64,000 bases of DNA from Ignavibacteriales bacterium (GTDB lineage: Bacteria > Bacteroidota > Ignavibacteria > Ignavibacteriales > DAOSCP01). This document shows, piece by piece, positions 49,717 through 60,286 of this stretch. The stretch is taken from positions 23,712 through 87,711 of the forward strand of contig DAOSCP010000010.1 in the NCBI GenBank assembly GCA_035361425.1. Reading direction: 5' to 3'. Below the pieces are notes generated by a model, which had not been told where the DNA came from, made no database searches, and saw only the letters and a list, made by a program, of their open reading frames with translations. Made by a program: the position numbers and the translations under genes. Position 1 is the first letter of the stretch; the number at the start of each line of letters is the position of its first letter.

Positions 49717-51185
49717 AATTTTTCTAAATATTTCTTTGCTGTTTCATAATCGGAAAAATGAATTTTTTGAGTACCAATAATTTGATAATCTTCGTGTCCT
49801 TTCCCGGCAATCAAAATTATGACATTATTTTCGCTATTTATAATTGAATATTTAATTGCCTCTTCCCTATCTGGAATTACTTCATAATTATCCTTTGTTA
49901 TTCCAACTTTAATATCTTCAATAATAGCTAAAGGCTCTTCTGTTCTTGGATTATCTGAAGTAACAATGACTTTATCAGCAAGCTCAGAAGCTATTTTCCC
50001 CATTTTTGGCCTTTTAGTTTTATCTCTATCTCCACCTGCTCCAAAAACACAATATATTTTGTGTTGATTGTTTGCCAATTCTCTCAATGTAAACAATGCT
50101 TTTTCAAGGCTATCGGGTGTATGAGAATAATCAATTACAACTGTTTTTGATGCTTTTTTTATCACTTGAAATCTACCAGGAACTCCCTCAAATTCACTAA
50201 TAGCCGATACAATAATCTCAGGATTTATTCCTAAAACAAATGTAGAAGCAAAAGCAGCTGTTAGATTATAAGCATTAAATTTACCAATTAACTTCGCTTT
50301 TATAGAATAAACATCTTTATTATGTTTAATATTGAAAGTTAGTCCATCGATAGAGTTATGAAAATCGACAATTTGAAAATCTGCATCGTTTGAAAAACCA
50401 TAAGTTATAATCTTAGCTTTTGTATCTTTTACCATAAATTTAGAATACTCATCATCACTATTAACAACAGCAAAAGAAGATTCGCTCAATCCATCGAATA
50501 AAATCTTTTTAGCTTTGGCATAATCATCCATTGTTTGATGAAAATCTAAATGGTCCTGAGTAAGATTAGAAAAAATTGCAACTTTATAATTTATTGAACT
50601 TACTCTATTTAAAACCAGCGAATGTGATGAAACTTCCATTACGGCAAAATTACAACCTTCATCAACCATTTGTTTCATCATATCACATAATTCAACAGAT
50701 TCAGGTGTAGTTAAATTTGTCTCTACTTTTTTATCGCCTATATAATTGGCAATTGTACCAATTAACCCAACTTTTTGATGATTTTTTTCAATAATCTTTT
50801 TGATTATATAAGTAGTGGTAGTTTTACCGTTGGTACCCGTTATTCCCAAAACATTTAACTTATTGGATGGCTCTTTATAAAAAATATGAGCTAACTGAGC
50901 CATCGTTTTACGACTGTTACTAACTAATATTTTGGTAACATTACTATGTTCAAAAATATTATCCGGAACGACATTATCGTCATCTAAGACCACTGCAACT
51001 GCACCCTTATTGATAGCATCAAGTATAAAACGATGTCCATCAACTTTAGTTCCTTTAATAGCAACAAATAAAGAATTTTTCTTTACATTAGCTGAATTAT
51101 AAACTATTCCAGAAATATCCCTCTGCTCTACTTTTCCAACAACTTGAATAGCTTTGATATAGTTTAGTAAGTAAGAAAGCTCCAT
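49713..51185 (-). CDS. murE: UDP-MurNAc-dipeptide ligase, meso-DAP-type
   Basis: TGTNGKTT, EVSSH, DYSHTPD, GGDRD..KRP.MG, SDNPR (DAP-specificity motif), AGKGHE.YQ. Confidence 0.97.
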   Translation of the reverse strand: MELSYLLNYIKAIQVVGKVEQRDISGIVYNSANVKKNSLFVAIKGTKVDGHRFILDAINKGAVAVVLDDDNVVPDNIFEHSNVTKILVSNSRKTMAQLAHIFYKEPSNKLNVLGITGTNGKTTTTYIIKKIIEKNHQKVGLIGTIANYIGDKKVETNLTTPESVELCDMMKQMVDEGCNFAVMEVSSHSLVLNRVSSINYKVAIFSNLTQDHLDFHQTMDDYAKAKKILFDGLSESSFAVVNSDDEYSKFMVKDTKAKIITYGFSNDADFQIVDFHNSIDGLTFNIKHNKDVYSIKAKLIGKFNAYNLTAAFASTFVLGINPEIIVSAISEFEGVPGRFQVIKKASKTVVIDYSHTPDSLEKALFTLRELANNQHKIYCVFGAGGDRDKTKRPKMGKIASELADKVIVTSDNPRTEEPLAIIEDIKVGITKDNYEVIPDREEAIKYSIINSENNVIILIAGKGHEDYQIIGTQKIHFSDYETAKKYLEKL

Positions 51186-51188
51186 ATT

Positions 51189-52973
51189 TTACTTCTTTTT
51201 AGTTTTTGTTTTTTGTTTTGGCATAATATTTGTTGTATTTATATCAAACAAACTTGTATCAATTTTAATCGCAAGTTGTTTTTTATCTTTCGGTAATAAA
51301 TCATCATTTATTATAAGAATTTTACGCATAATATTTTTAAAAACAGGTGCTGCAACTTGTCCACCAGCAAAGCCACCTTTAGGATCGCTAATTAGAATGT
51401 AGCATACTAATTTAGGGTTATTATAAGGAATAAAACCAATAAAAGATGAATTATGCCTTAAATTAGTATGTTTTCCGCTTTCAATAATTTGTGCAGTACC
51501 AGTTTTACCACCAATTTCAACAAATTTAAAATCTTCAAAAGCTCTTCTCGCTGTTCCATATTCCACAACCGCTTTCATGTACTCTTTAATTTTATCAGAT
51601 GTATTTTTAGAAATACAAGTTCTAACAATTTGTGGTTGAATTTCTTCGACTTTATTACTTTGTTTATATACAATTTTTTTTACAATATTTGGTTTATATA
51701 AAGTTCCTCCATTAACTAATGCACAGTAAGAAGTTATCATTTGTATCGGAGTAACAGAAACATTATAGCCAAAAGACATATACATTTTGTTAAATTGATT
51801 AATACTATTAGGTTTTGGTAAAATACCGTTAACCTCTCCAGGCAACCCCAAACCAGTAATATTTCCAAAACCAAAATTTCTTAAATAATAATAAAAATCT
51901 TCAATTCCAATGCGTGTACTAAGTTTAGCCATTCCAATATTGCTAGAATGTGCCAAAATATCTATAGGCCTAACAGCACCAACACCATGGTCATCTTTAA
52001 TTGTAACATTACTAACTTTAATTGGTTGAGAACAATCAATAATCTCATTATCCTTTACTAGATTGTTATCTATAAATGTAGCCAATGCAATAGATTTAAA
52101 GGTTGAACCCGGCTCATAAAGATCAGTAATAGCTTTATTTCTCCTTTCATCATTTGAATATTTCCCATAATCATTAGGATCGTATGAAGGCAAACTCGCT
52201 AGAGCTAAAACATCTCCATTTTGAGGATTCATTATTATCCCAATTCCATAATTGGCAGAAAATTTTTTTATTCCCTTATCTAATTCATCTTCAAGTATTT
52301 GTTGGTAAACTCTATCAATTGTTAAGAAAACATCTGCACCATCTTTAGGCTGAACACTTAAATCATTCTGTATTTGTACAATTCTGCCTCTTACATCTCT
52401 TTCATAATAAATTAATCCTTTCTGTCCACTCAAATATTTATTATAAACTTTTTCAATTCCATCAACTGCTGTTAACTCCTTATTGACATATCCAATTATA
52501 TGCGATGCTAACTTATTAAACGGATAAGCTCTCAACTGCTTTTCTTCGTAAAATAAACCATCAATTACAAAATTCTTTAATTCTAAAGCCTTATCTAAAG
52601 TAACATCCTTAGCTACACAAACATTTCTATTGGATGAATTAATCTTATCTAATAATTCTTGCTTTTTAATCCCAAGCACTGATGAAAATTTATCTGCAAT
52701 AATTTCTCTTTTCTTTGCATCGCACATTCTGGTATCTACAAAAAAATCAACAACATTTATATTATAAGCAAGAATATCACCATTAACATCACAAATTAAA
52801 CCACGGTTTGCATAGACTTCTTTAGTTTTGAATTGTTGACGTTCGGCCTTAAATAAATATTCATCATGATGGATTATTTGAAGATTTACTAATCTTACAA
52901 TTATAATAATCAAAATTACAAAGAACAATATGACAGTACTAAATATTCTGAGGTTATTCATATTTCTTTTCAA
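51189..52973 (-). CDS. ftsI: Class B PBP (FtsI/PBP3), no PASTA domain
   Basis: RGLI.D.NG, YEPGSTFK (SxxK), HSSN (SxN), GKTGTAQ (KTG). Start may be ATG 52961. Confidence 0.93.
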   Translation of the reverse strand: MKRNMNNLRIFSTVILFFVILIIIIVRLVNLQIIHHDEYLFKAERQQFKTKEVYANRGLICDVNGDILAYNINVVDFFVDTRMCDAKKREIIADKFSSVLGIKKQELLDKINSSNRNVCVAKDVTLDKALELKNFVIDGLFYEEKQLRAYPFNKLASHIIGYVNKELTAVDGIEKVYNKYLSGQKGLIYYERDVRGRIVQIQNDLSVQPKDGADVFLTIDRVYQQILEDELDKGIKKFSANYGIGIIMNPQNGDVLALASLPSYDPNDYGKYSNDERRNKAITDLYEPGSTFKSIALATFIDNNLVKDNEIIDCSQPIKVSNVTIKDDHGVGAVRPIDILAHSSNIGMAKLSTRIGIEDFYYYLRNFGFGNITGLGLPGEVNGILPKPNSINQFNKMYMSFGYNVSVTPIQMITSYCALVNGGTLYKPNIVKKIVYKQSNKVEEIQPQIVRTCISKNTSDKIKEYMKAVVEYGTARRAFEDFKFVEIGGKTGTAQIIESGKHTNLRHNSSFIGFIPYNNPKLVCYILISDPKGGFAGGQVAAPVFKNIMRKILIINDDLLPKDKKQLAIKIDTSLFDINTTNIMPKQKTKTKKK

Positions 52974-53277
52974 TAACCTTCATCAAATTGATAAATTCAT
53001 CTTTAACTAACTCAACCTCATCAACATTAAAATTTTTTATCATTTGTAAATTCTGAGTCGCGATAGGTATTACAATCTCAGCACTTTGATATTTTTGAAT
53101 CTTAGCAAGCATAATATTTTGCTCATCATTAAGAACTTTCAAAGATTGCTCAATATCTAATTTTTCTTTCTCTATATTTTGAATTTCAATTTTTATTACA
53201 ACATAAAATATTATAGTTATAACTATCAAACTTATTAAAATGATGTTAAATAATATATTTTTCTTTTGCTTACTCAT
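52954..53277 (-). CDS. ftsL: Cell division protein FtsL-like
   Basis: Basic N-terminus, one TM helix and a coiled coil; lies between rsmH and ftsI. Confidence 0.72.
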   Translation of the reverse strand: MSKQKKNILFNIILISLIVITIIFYVVIKIEIQNIEKEKLDIEQSLKVLNDEQNIMLAKIQKYQSAEIVIPIATQNLQMIKNFNVDEVELVKDEFINLMKVIEKKYE

Positions 53278-54200
53278 AGTTTTTCTATAACTCTTAATTT
53301 TGCACTTCTAGCTCTAAAATTATTTTTTAATTCATCGTTATCTGGCACAATGGGCTTTTTTGTTAACAATCTAATATTAGGCTTTCTGCCACATACGCAA
53401 ACTGGAAAATTAGGAGGACAAATACAACCTTTACTCTCTTTATTGAAAATTTCTTTTACAACTCTATCTTCTAAAGAATGAAATGTAATAATACCTAATC
53501 TTCCATTTGGTTTTAATAAATCAATTGATTTTTTAACAAATTTTTCAAGAACTTCCATTTCAGAGTTAATATATATTCTCAACGCCTGAAAAACTCTGCT
53601 AAGAGTTTTATTAAGATAATTTGGTGGCACAATAATTTTTATTATTTCGACCAAATCAGTAGTATAAACAAATTTATTTTTTTCACGAAATTTTACAATT
53701 TCTTTAGCAATCTTTTTAGCATTTTTATCTTCGCCAAATTGAAATATTATATCAGCAATTTTATTTTGTTCAAAATCGTTGAGAACATCTGCAGCAGTCA
53801 AGTTTATACTTTTATCTAACCTAAGATCTAACGGTGCTTTATCTCTAAAAGTAAAACCATACTCAACATCATCATACTGAGGGGAAGAAACTCCCAAATC
53901 AGCTATTATTCCATCAAATTTATCTACAAATTCTATTTTGGCAATAATATCAATATTTGAAAAATTAGTATTGTAAAATATTATCCTATGGTCATCCTTA
54001 AATTTTTCTTTTCCAAAATAGAATGCTTTTTCATCGACATCACAAGCAATAATTTTTGCACTGTTATCAAGTTTAGCAGCTAAATATTCAGTATGTCCAC
54101 CACGTCCAAAAGTAGCGTCGAAATATACACCATTTTTATCTGTAAAAACATTATCAACTAGTTGTTCTAATAATACACTTTTATGTAAATTTTGGGACAT
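53274..54200 (-). CDS. rsmH: 16S rRNA m4C1402 methyltransferase
   Basis: DATFGRGGH, DLGVSSPQ, PLDLRLD, FQALRI.IN.E, FHSLEDR, RARSAKLR. Confidence 0.97.
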   Translation of the reverse strand: MSQNLHKSVLLEQLVDNVFTDKNGVYFDATFGRGGHTEYLAAKLDNSAKIIACDVDEKAFYFGKEKFKDDHRIIFYNTNFSNIDIIAKIEFVDKFDGIIADLGVSSPQYDDVEYGFTFRDKAPLDLRLDKSINLTAADVLNDFEQNKIADIIFQFGEDKNAKKIAKEIVKFREKNKFVYTTDLVEIIKIIVPPNYLNKTLSRVFQALRIYINSEMEVLEKFVKKSIDLLKPNGRLGIITFHSLEDRVVKEIFNKESKGCICPPNFPVCVCGRKPNIRLLTKKPIVPDNDELKNNFRARSAKLRVIEKL

Positions 54201-54642
54201 CTAAATCGCCACCCATAACTTCTTGCGTTAAAATTTCATATTCATCTGAAGATATATTCAAATACTTTTCATATTCTTTAGGATTCCATAATTCCAATTT
54301 ATCAGCCATACCAACAACTAAAATTTCTTTTTCAATATTAGCGTAATCTAAAAGCACTTGTGGCAAAATAATTCTATATTGGTTATCAGCTTCACACTCG
54401 TTAGCATGTAGTGTAAATATTCGTAAAAATTTAGCATCTTTAGGATTGAACGGATTTAATTTTGATAGTTTTTGTTCAATTTTTCTCCAACTGCTTAAAG
54501 GATAAACATCTATACAATTAAGCACACCTTTATTAATGATGAATTTTTGAGCCTCATCTGGATTAATATGTTTTCTAAATTTAGCAGGAATAATAAAACG
54601 ATTTTTAGCATCTAACGAAGTATTTGCACTACCTATAAACAT
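54181..54642 (-). CDS. mraZ: dcw regulator MraZ
   Basis: LDAKNRFIIPAKFR, D.QYRIILP, VGMADKLELW. Confidence 0.95.
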   Translation of the reverse strand: MFIGSANTSLDAKNRFIIPAKFRKHINPDEAQKFIINKGVLNCIDVYPLSSWRKIEQKLSKLNPFNPKDAKFLRIFTLHANECEADNQYRIILPQVLLDYANIEKEILVVGMADKLELWNPKEYEKYLNISSDEYEILTQEVMGGDLDVPKFT

Positions 54643-54653
54643 TAATGGGATTT

Positions 54654-54683
54654 TTCTCCACTTTTACACACTTTTCACCACTT
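54654..54683 (-). repeat. Three 10-bp direct repeats, likely MraZ operator
   Basis: Minus strand AAGTGGTGAA / AAGTGTGTAA / AAGTGGAGAA just upstream of the mraZ ATG; matches the known GTGG-core, 10-bp-period MraZ boxes. Confidence 0.8.
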
Positions 54684-54689
54684 ACCTTG

Positions 54690-54720
54690 CAAATTTAACT
54701 TAATTTATTCAATTAGTCAA
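54690..54720 (-). promoter_or_regulatory. dcw/mraZ promoter
   Basis: TTGACT (54720-54715), 17 bp, TAAATT(TG). Confidence 0.65.
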
Positions 54721-55069
54721 GTTAAATATTACATTTTTTTTAAAATAATTTTTACAATTACCCTCTATATCTAATTGTATATCAATAAATTATCAGTCAT
54801 CACTTAAATAAACAAAAGTAAAAATTAACATTATTCTTACTATATAGTTAATATTTTACACTATAAGACTTACAAAAATTTGATTGCATTATGAAGAATT
54901 CAATTCTTAGGACAAAAACTATTTAGGTAGGATAAATTCAACCAGTGCAATTTTTAAATATTAATTTATGAGTAACCTATTTAATATTATTTTTAAATCA
55001 GGATTGTTATTTGGAATTTTTAGGCGTTTTTATTGTTTTATATCTGATATTGAATTGATTTATATCACA

Positions 55070-56494
55070 TCAAAATCCTGGATTATTCTTTTGTGGTTGT
55101 GTATTTTGCTCAATTAAATTAGCATTAACAAGATTATCAAATAGAGCATATTCTTTAAAGAATCTGCAATTAGCAACATCGGTAGGGCCATTTCTGTGCT
55201 TGGCAACTATAACTTGAGCAATACCTTCTGTAGATTGCCCATCTTTAGTTTGTTTAATCCCATAATATTCCGGTCTGTGAAGAAATATTACAAGATCTGC
55301 ATCTTGTTCAATTGAGCCTGATTCTCTTAAATCAGAAAGCTGTGGAATTTTATCACTTCTTTGTTCAACAGATCTATTTAGCTGTGCGAGCGCTATTACT
55401 GGTATATTGGCTTCTTTTGCCAAAGCTTTTAACGAACTCGATATCATTGATACTTCACGTTCGCGACTTATTTCTTTACTTGTTCCGGCTGATTTAATCA
55501 ACTGCAAATAATCAATCATAACCAAACCTACTTTTTTTTCAGCCACCATTCTTCTTACTTTAGCACGAATATCTAAAACTGTTTGCAAAGGTGAATCATC
55601 AATATAAATAGGTGCTTCCGATAATTTGTACAATGTCTTAGTTAGTTTAGCAAATTCCGAACTTGGTAATTTCCCGGTTCTTACTTGATGAGCATCCAAT
55701 CTTGCCTCAGCGCAAATCAATCTTAAAGCCAATTGCATAGTTGACATTTCTAAACTAAAGAACGCAACTGGAACATTATATTTCAATGCTGCATTTTTTG
55801 CAACTGACAAAGCAAAAGCAGTTTTTCCCATTGAAGGCCTTGCCGCAACTATAATTAAATCAGATTTGTGAAATCCTCCAGTTATTTCATCTAATTTAGT
55901 TAAGCCACATTTTACAGAAACATTATGATCTTTTTTGGAATGAACAACTTCAATATATTCGTAAGCTTCTGTGATAGCAGATTTCATATCTCGATAGTTT
56001 GCTTTCATTTTTTCTTCTGCTATCTCAAAGATTTTATGTTCAGCTAAATCTAATAACTCATCAACTTCACCTTGCCAGCTTTGAGCAGACTTAGCTATTT
56101 CAATATTAGTATTAATTAGTTTACGTTTTATATATTTATCTTGAAGTATTAAAGCATGCTCATCAACATTAATAGTTGAAATAATATTTGATGTTATGTT
56201 TAATAATAGTTCTTTATGTTGGTCTATGTTTTTAGCAAATTGTGGATCATTTGATAAATTATCTATAACAGTAATTACATCTACTTTTCTATTTTTTTCG
56301 AAAGAATTTACAATAATTTCATAAATTTTCTTAAATATAGGTTCGGTAAAGGCATCAATTGGCAAGATTTCAATAATTCGAGGTATTGAATCATTATCAT
56401 ATAGCATCGACCCAATTACATTCATTTCAATATTTTGATCAACGGGTAACGAAATTTCTGGAACTTGTAATTTATTATCTTTTTTCTTTGCCAT
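55070..56494 (-). CDS. dnaB: Replicative DNA helicase
   Basis: AARPSMGKT, FSLEM, IDYLQL, LAQLNR, DLRESGSIEQDAD, KHRNGP. No intein-sized insert. Confidence 0.97.
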   Translation of the reverse strand: MAKKKDNKLQVPEISLPVDQNIEMNVIGSMLYDNDSIPRIIEILPIDAFTEPIFKKIYEIIVNSFEKNRKVDVITVIDNLSNDPQFAKNIDQHKELLLNITSNIISTINVDEHALILQDKYIKRKLINTNIEIAKSAQSWQGEVDELLDLAEHKIFEIAEEKMKANYRDMKSAITEAYEYIEVVHSKKDHNVSVKCGLTKLDEITGGFHKSDLIIVAARPSMGKTAFALSVAKNAALKYNVPVAFFSLEMSTMQLALRLICAEARLDAHQVRTGKLPSSEFAKLTKTLYKLSEAPIYIDDSPLQTVLDIRAKVRRMVAEKKVGLVMIDYLQLIKSAGTSKEISREREVSMISSSLKALAKEANIPVIALAQLNRSVEQRSDKIPQLSDLRESGSIEQDADLVIFLHRPEYYGIKQTKDGQSTEGIAQVIVAKHRNGPTDVANCRFFKEYALFDNLVNANLIEQNTQPQKNNPGF

Positions 56495-56495
56495 A

Positions 56496-57398
56496 TTATT
56501 CAAATATTGATTTTTGTTTTAAGATGTTGTTATCGTAATATTTGCGGAATAATTTAACATCTTCCCATGTATCTTTTTTAAGATTTGGGTTTCTTAATAA
56601 TGCTGCTGGATGATAGGTAACAAGTAGTTTTTTATCCATAAAATCCCAAAATTGTCCTCTATACTGCTGCAGCGTATTTTTTTTTGGTAAAAGATAAGAA
56701 GCAGCAGTAAGCCCAACGCATAATATCATTTTAGGATTTACTAATTTAATTTGCTTAATCAAGTAAGGCAAACATTGAGCAACCTCTTCATCTTGTGGGA
56801 CACGATTCCCCGGCGGACGACATTTAACAACATTTGCAATATAGACATCTTCTCTTTTAAATTTTATTGATTCCAATATTTTATCAAGCAACTGTCCAGC
56901 TTTTCCAACAAATGGCCTTCCTTGAGCATCTTCTTCAGCGCCTGGTCCTTCACCAATTACCATAATATCAGCATTTGGATTACCTTCCCCAAAAACAAAA
57001 TTTGTTCTTGTATTGCCCAATTGACATTTTTTACAATTACATATTGCTTTATTAAATTCATCTAATGATTTAATATTTTCATAATCTTTATTTTCCAATG
57101 CTGATGTTAATATATTTAATTTAGGGATAGAAACAGATTTAACCACTTTTTGGGCTGTATCTGGCAATTCTTTTTGATATTCCTTTTCAATAGTTTTTAT
57201 TTCAGATAGAGATGTTACTTTTTTTGCTATTTCTGAGTTTTCTATTTTATTATGAATTTCTTGCGGTTTTTCTATTTGGATTTGGTGGATTTTAGTAAAA
57301 TATTTAATTATTTCGTCTTTAGGTATATATAAATTATCGCCTGTTAAATCCTTTTGAAATAATAATGTTTCAATTATTTGTGTAATTATTTTATTCAT
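56496..57398 (-). CDS. Family-4 uracil-DNA glycosylase with N-terminal extension
   Basis: C..C.LG..RTNFVFGEG, IGEGPG.EED..G.PFVG.AG.LL, NVVKCRPPGNR, TYHPAALLR. Confidence 0.93.
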   Translation of the reverse strand: MNKIITQIIETLLFQKDLTGDNLYIPKDEIIKYFTKIHQIQIEKPQEIHNKIENSEIAKKVTSLSEIKTIEKEYQKELPDTAQKVVKSVSIPKLNILTSALENKDYENIKSLDEFNKAICNCKKCQLGNTRTNFVFGEGNPNADIMVIGEGPGAEEDAQGRPFVGKAGQLLDKILESIKFKREDVYIANVVKCRPPGNRVPQDEEVAQCLPYLIKQIKLVNPKMILCVGLTAASYLLPKKNTLQQYRGQFWDFMDKKLLVTYHPAALLRNPNLKKDTWEDVKLFRKYYDNNILKQKSIFE

Positions 57399-58611
57399 AA
57401 TTTACTATATTATCTATTATAATGTTTGCTATTTCGAATTTATGAGAAAGTGGATATTTTATTAAATTATTTGAATTTTTCTTTAAAATAGTAATTGAAT
57501 TAGTTTCAAATTCAAAACCAGCATTTTTATCATTCAAAGAATTAAGAACAATCATATCAAGATTTTTTTTATTCATTTTCTTTTTAGCATTTTCTAATTC
57601 ATTATCTGTTTCGAGAGCAAAACCTACCTTAAAAACATTTTGATTATTTTCGGTTAAATATTTATTCACTTCAAAAAGAATATCTGGATTTTCTTCAAGT
57701 TTGATAGAATAATCAAAACTACTATCGTCTTTTTTGATTTTATTTTTTGCAACATCGGCAGGTCTAAAATCTGCAACAGCAGCAGCCATGATAATAATAT
57801 CATGATTTAGAATATTACCAATAATAGCATCTTTCATTTGAAGTGCAGAACGGACATTTATTCTTTTAATTTCAGGATAGATTTCTTCATGAGATGGCCC
57901 ACTTACAAGAGTTACATTTGCCCCTCTGAGATAACAAGCTTTTGCTATTTCGTATCCCATCTTACCGCTGGAACGGTTACCAATATATCTTACTGGATCA
58001 ATATCTTCATAAGTAGGACCAGCTGAAACCAAAACTTTCTTACCAATTAAATCTTTTGTTTTTGATAAAATCAATATTTTAATAGTATCAATTATTTTAT
58101 CAATTTCGGGCATTCTTCCAATTCCAGAAAGACCACTTGCCAAAAATCCTTCTTCTGCTGGTAGTACATAATGCCCTTGTTGTTCTAATTTTTTTAAATT
58201 ATCCTGGAAGAAAGTATTATTATACATATACATATCAGCAGCAGGGACGAACAAAACTCTATTTCTTGCTGCACAAACCAAGGTTGTTACAGGATTATCA
58301 GCAATTGCATTGGTTATTTTTCCAATAGTATTAACGGTCGCCGGGACAACAACAATTAAATCGGCCCACTCTGCATAATCAATATGCCAGGTTTTATGAT
58401 TATATGGTAAATTAAATATATCCGAAATAACAATATTATTCGTTAAAGTTTCTAATGTTAATGTTGTTACAAAATTTTTTGAAGATGGTGTCATTACAAC
58501 TTTAACAATTGCACCATTTTTTATTAATTCACGGACTAAAATTGGAGTTTTATAAGCTGCAATTCCTCCACAAACAGCCAAAATTATTTTTTTATCCTTT
58601 AGAATATTCAT
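57391..58611 (-). CDS. coaBC: Bifunctional phosphopantothenoylcysteine decarboxylase/ligase
   Basis: GGIAAYK, PATVNTI.K, G.GRMPE, SAGPT.E.IDPVRYIGNRSSGKMG, GFALET. Confidence 0.96.
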   Translation of the reverse strand: MNILKDKKIILAVCGGIAAYKTPILVRELIKNGAIVKVVMTPSSKNFVTTLTLETLTNNIVISDIFNLPYNHKTWHIDYAEWADLIVVVPATVNTIGKITNAIADNPVTTLVCAARNRVLFVPAADMYMYNNTFFQDNLKKLEQQGHYVLPAEEGFLASGLSGIGRMPEIDKIIDTIKILILSKTKDLIGKKVLVSAGPTYEDIDPVRYIGNRSSGKMGYEIAKACYLRGANVTLVSGPSHEEIYPEIKRINVRSALQMKDAIIGNILNHDIIIMAAAVADFRPADVAKNKIKKDDSSFDYSIKLEENPDILFEVNKYLTENNQNVFKVGFALETDNELENAKKKMNKKNLDMIVLNSLNDKNAGFEFETNSITILKKNSNNLIKYPLSHKFEIANIIIDNIVNYE

Positions 58612-58614
58612 ATA

Positions 58615-59640
58615 TTAAATAAAAAGTTTTATTATCCAAAAACAAATAGCTGCTACTAGACCAGATAGTGGTATCGTTAAAAACCATGAGATAACAATTC
58701 TATAAGCAACTTTCCATTTAATACCGCCCATACCAGTTGTCATTCCTACACCAACAATAGAACCAGCTATTACATGTGTAGTAGAAACAGGGATTCCCAA
58801 AAATGTAGCTAAATAAGTTGTAAGAGCACCTCCAGTTTCGGCAGCAAATCCGTGTACAGGTTTAAGTCTTGTAAGTTTCATACCCATCGTTTTCACAATT
58901 TTCCAGCCACCCATAAGAGTACCAATTGCCATAGCCAAATGACATGAAAAAATAATTAATAATGATGGAGTATCTGTAAGTGATAATTGTTTATTTAAAG
59001 GAAAATAATTGTATGCAATTAGAAGTGCTGTAATTACCCCCATAGTTTTTTGTGCATCGTTCCCACCATGACCCAATGAATACATCGCAGCCGAAACTAA
59101 TTGTCCCTTTCTGAAAACCTTATCAACAGTATAAGGTCGCCATTTTCTTAAAAGCCAGTATGTTGAAAACATGATAATAAATGCTACTATTAATCCAAGA
59201 GTTGGTGCTAAAGGAATAAATAACATAGCTTTTTCAAGGTTCCACCAATGAATGGCATCCAATCCTCTATAAGCTATACCAGCACCTGCTAATCCACCCA
59301 TGAGTGCATGAGATGAAGATGTTGGCAATCCAAACCACCAGGTTATTAAATCCCAGAATATTGCACCTAATAGACCTGCTAATACAACATAAACAAAAGT
59401 TATATCAGTTTGATCTATTTTTATAATTTTTGAAATTGTACTTGCTACCTTAGGAGCAAATACAAACATCGCAACAAAATTAAAAAAAGCAGCCCAAATT
59501 ACAGCATATCTAGGATTCAAAACTCTTGTAGATACAATAGTTGCAATTGAATTAGCAGCATCATGAAAACCATTAATAACATCAAATAATAGAGCTACAA
59601 TAATAGTTCCTGCTACTACCCAAAAAATAGTATCATTCAT
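58615..59640 (-). CDS. Inorganic phosphate transporter, PiT family
   Basis: NGFHDAANSIAT, GLPTSSSHA, HGGNDAQK, GIPVSTTH. Confidence 0.95.
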   Translation of the reverse strand: MNDTIFWVVAGTIIVALLFDVINGFHDAANSIATIVSTRVLNPRYAVIWAAFFNFVAMFVFAPKVASTISKIIKIDQTDITFVYVVLAGLLGAIFWDLITWWFGLPTSSSHALMGGLAGAGIAYRGLDAIHWWNLEKAMLFIPLAPTLGLIVAFIIMFSTYWLLRKWRPYTVDKVFRKGQLVSAAMYSLGHGGNDAQKTMGVITALLIAYNYFPLNKQLSLTDTPSLLIIFSCHLAMAIGTLMGGWKIVKTMGMKLTRLKPVHGFAAETGGALTTYLATFLGIPVSTTHVIAGSIVGVGMTTGMGGIKWKVAYRIVISWFLTIPLSGLVAAICFWIIKLFI

Positions 59641-59651
59641 AATTATTCCTC

Positions 59652-60275
59652 TTAAGCATTATCAATTGTTATTTCTTCGATTATATTTGCTACATCCTGG
59701 CATCTATCTAAAGATTTTTCAACTTTATCTAAAACTTCTTTCCATTTTATTATTTCAACAGCATTTTCACTTTGGAATAAACTCTTTATCGCAGTTCTAT
59801 AAATTTTATCACCCTCTGTTTCTTTTTTTCTCACACTATCACAGAGTGTTCTAATTTTTTCTATTTCCTTCATATCTTCAATCAATTTCAATGCTTCTTT
59901 AATATCATACAAAGAAGATACAATTAAATCCTGAATTAAAAACACCTCGTTTTTGATAGTAGTAATATCATATAGATAAACTCTAGATAAAGCACTATTT
60001 AAAGCATCTGCTATATCATCTAATCTTTTAATGAGTTTATAAATTTCTGTTCTTTCAAAAGGAGTAATAAAAGTTCTGTGTAATGCTTCAATGCAGTTAA
60101 CTTCAATGTGGTCAAGTCTTTTTTCTAATTTTCTAATTTCATCTTGTTTTTGTTCCACTAATGAAGGATTTTTAAATATTTCATTAATCTCATTAGTTAA
60201 TTTAATAGTTAAGTCAATATGTTCCTGGAAAAATTCAAAAAAATCTACTTCTTTAGGAAGAAAATTTCTAAACAT
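59652..60275 (-). CDS. DUF47 / PhoU-like Pit accessory protein
   Basis: LHRTFITPFERTEI, DDIAD, EGDKIYR, IIKWKE, DRCQDVANIIE; precedes pit. Confidence 0.9.
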   Translation of the reverse strand: MFRNFLPKEVDFFEFFQEHIDLTIKLTNEINEIFKNPSLVEQKQDEIRKLEKRLDHIEVNCIEALHRTFITPFERTEIYKLIKRLDDIADALNSALSRVYLYDITTIKNEVFLIQDLIVSSLYDIKEALKLIEDMKEIEKIRTLCDSVRKKETEGDKIYRTAIKSLFQSENAVEIIKWKEVLDKVEKSLDRCQDVANIIEEITIDNA

Positions 60276-60286
60276 CTTTCAATTTC

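Noticed and set aside
43623-51234. sigma54-like strings at 43623 and 51218 (plus strand)
   Set aside because: Both point antisense to dcw genes and one lies inside ftsI; treated as chance matches, which also lowers confidence in the flagellar sites.
51189-51300. ftsI truncated by a frameshift before a PASTA domain
   Set aside because: murE starts 3 bp after the stop, leaving no room for further coding sequence.
54721-55069. oriC in the AT-rich gap between dnaB and mraZ
   Set aside because: No convincing TT(A/T)TNCACA DnaA boxes were found by eye and dnaA/dnaN are not adjacent.
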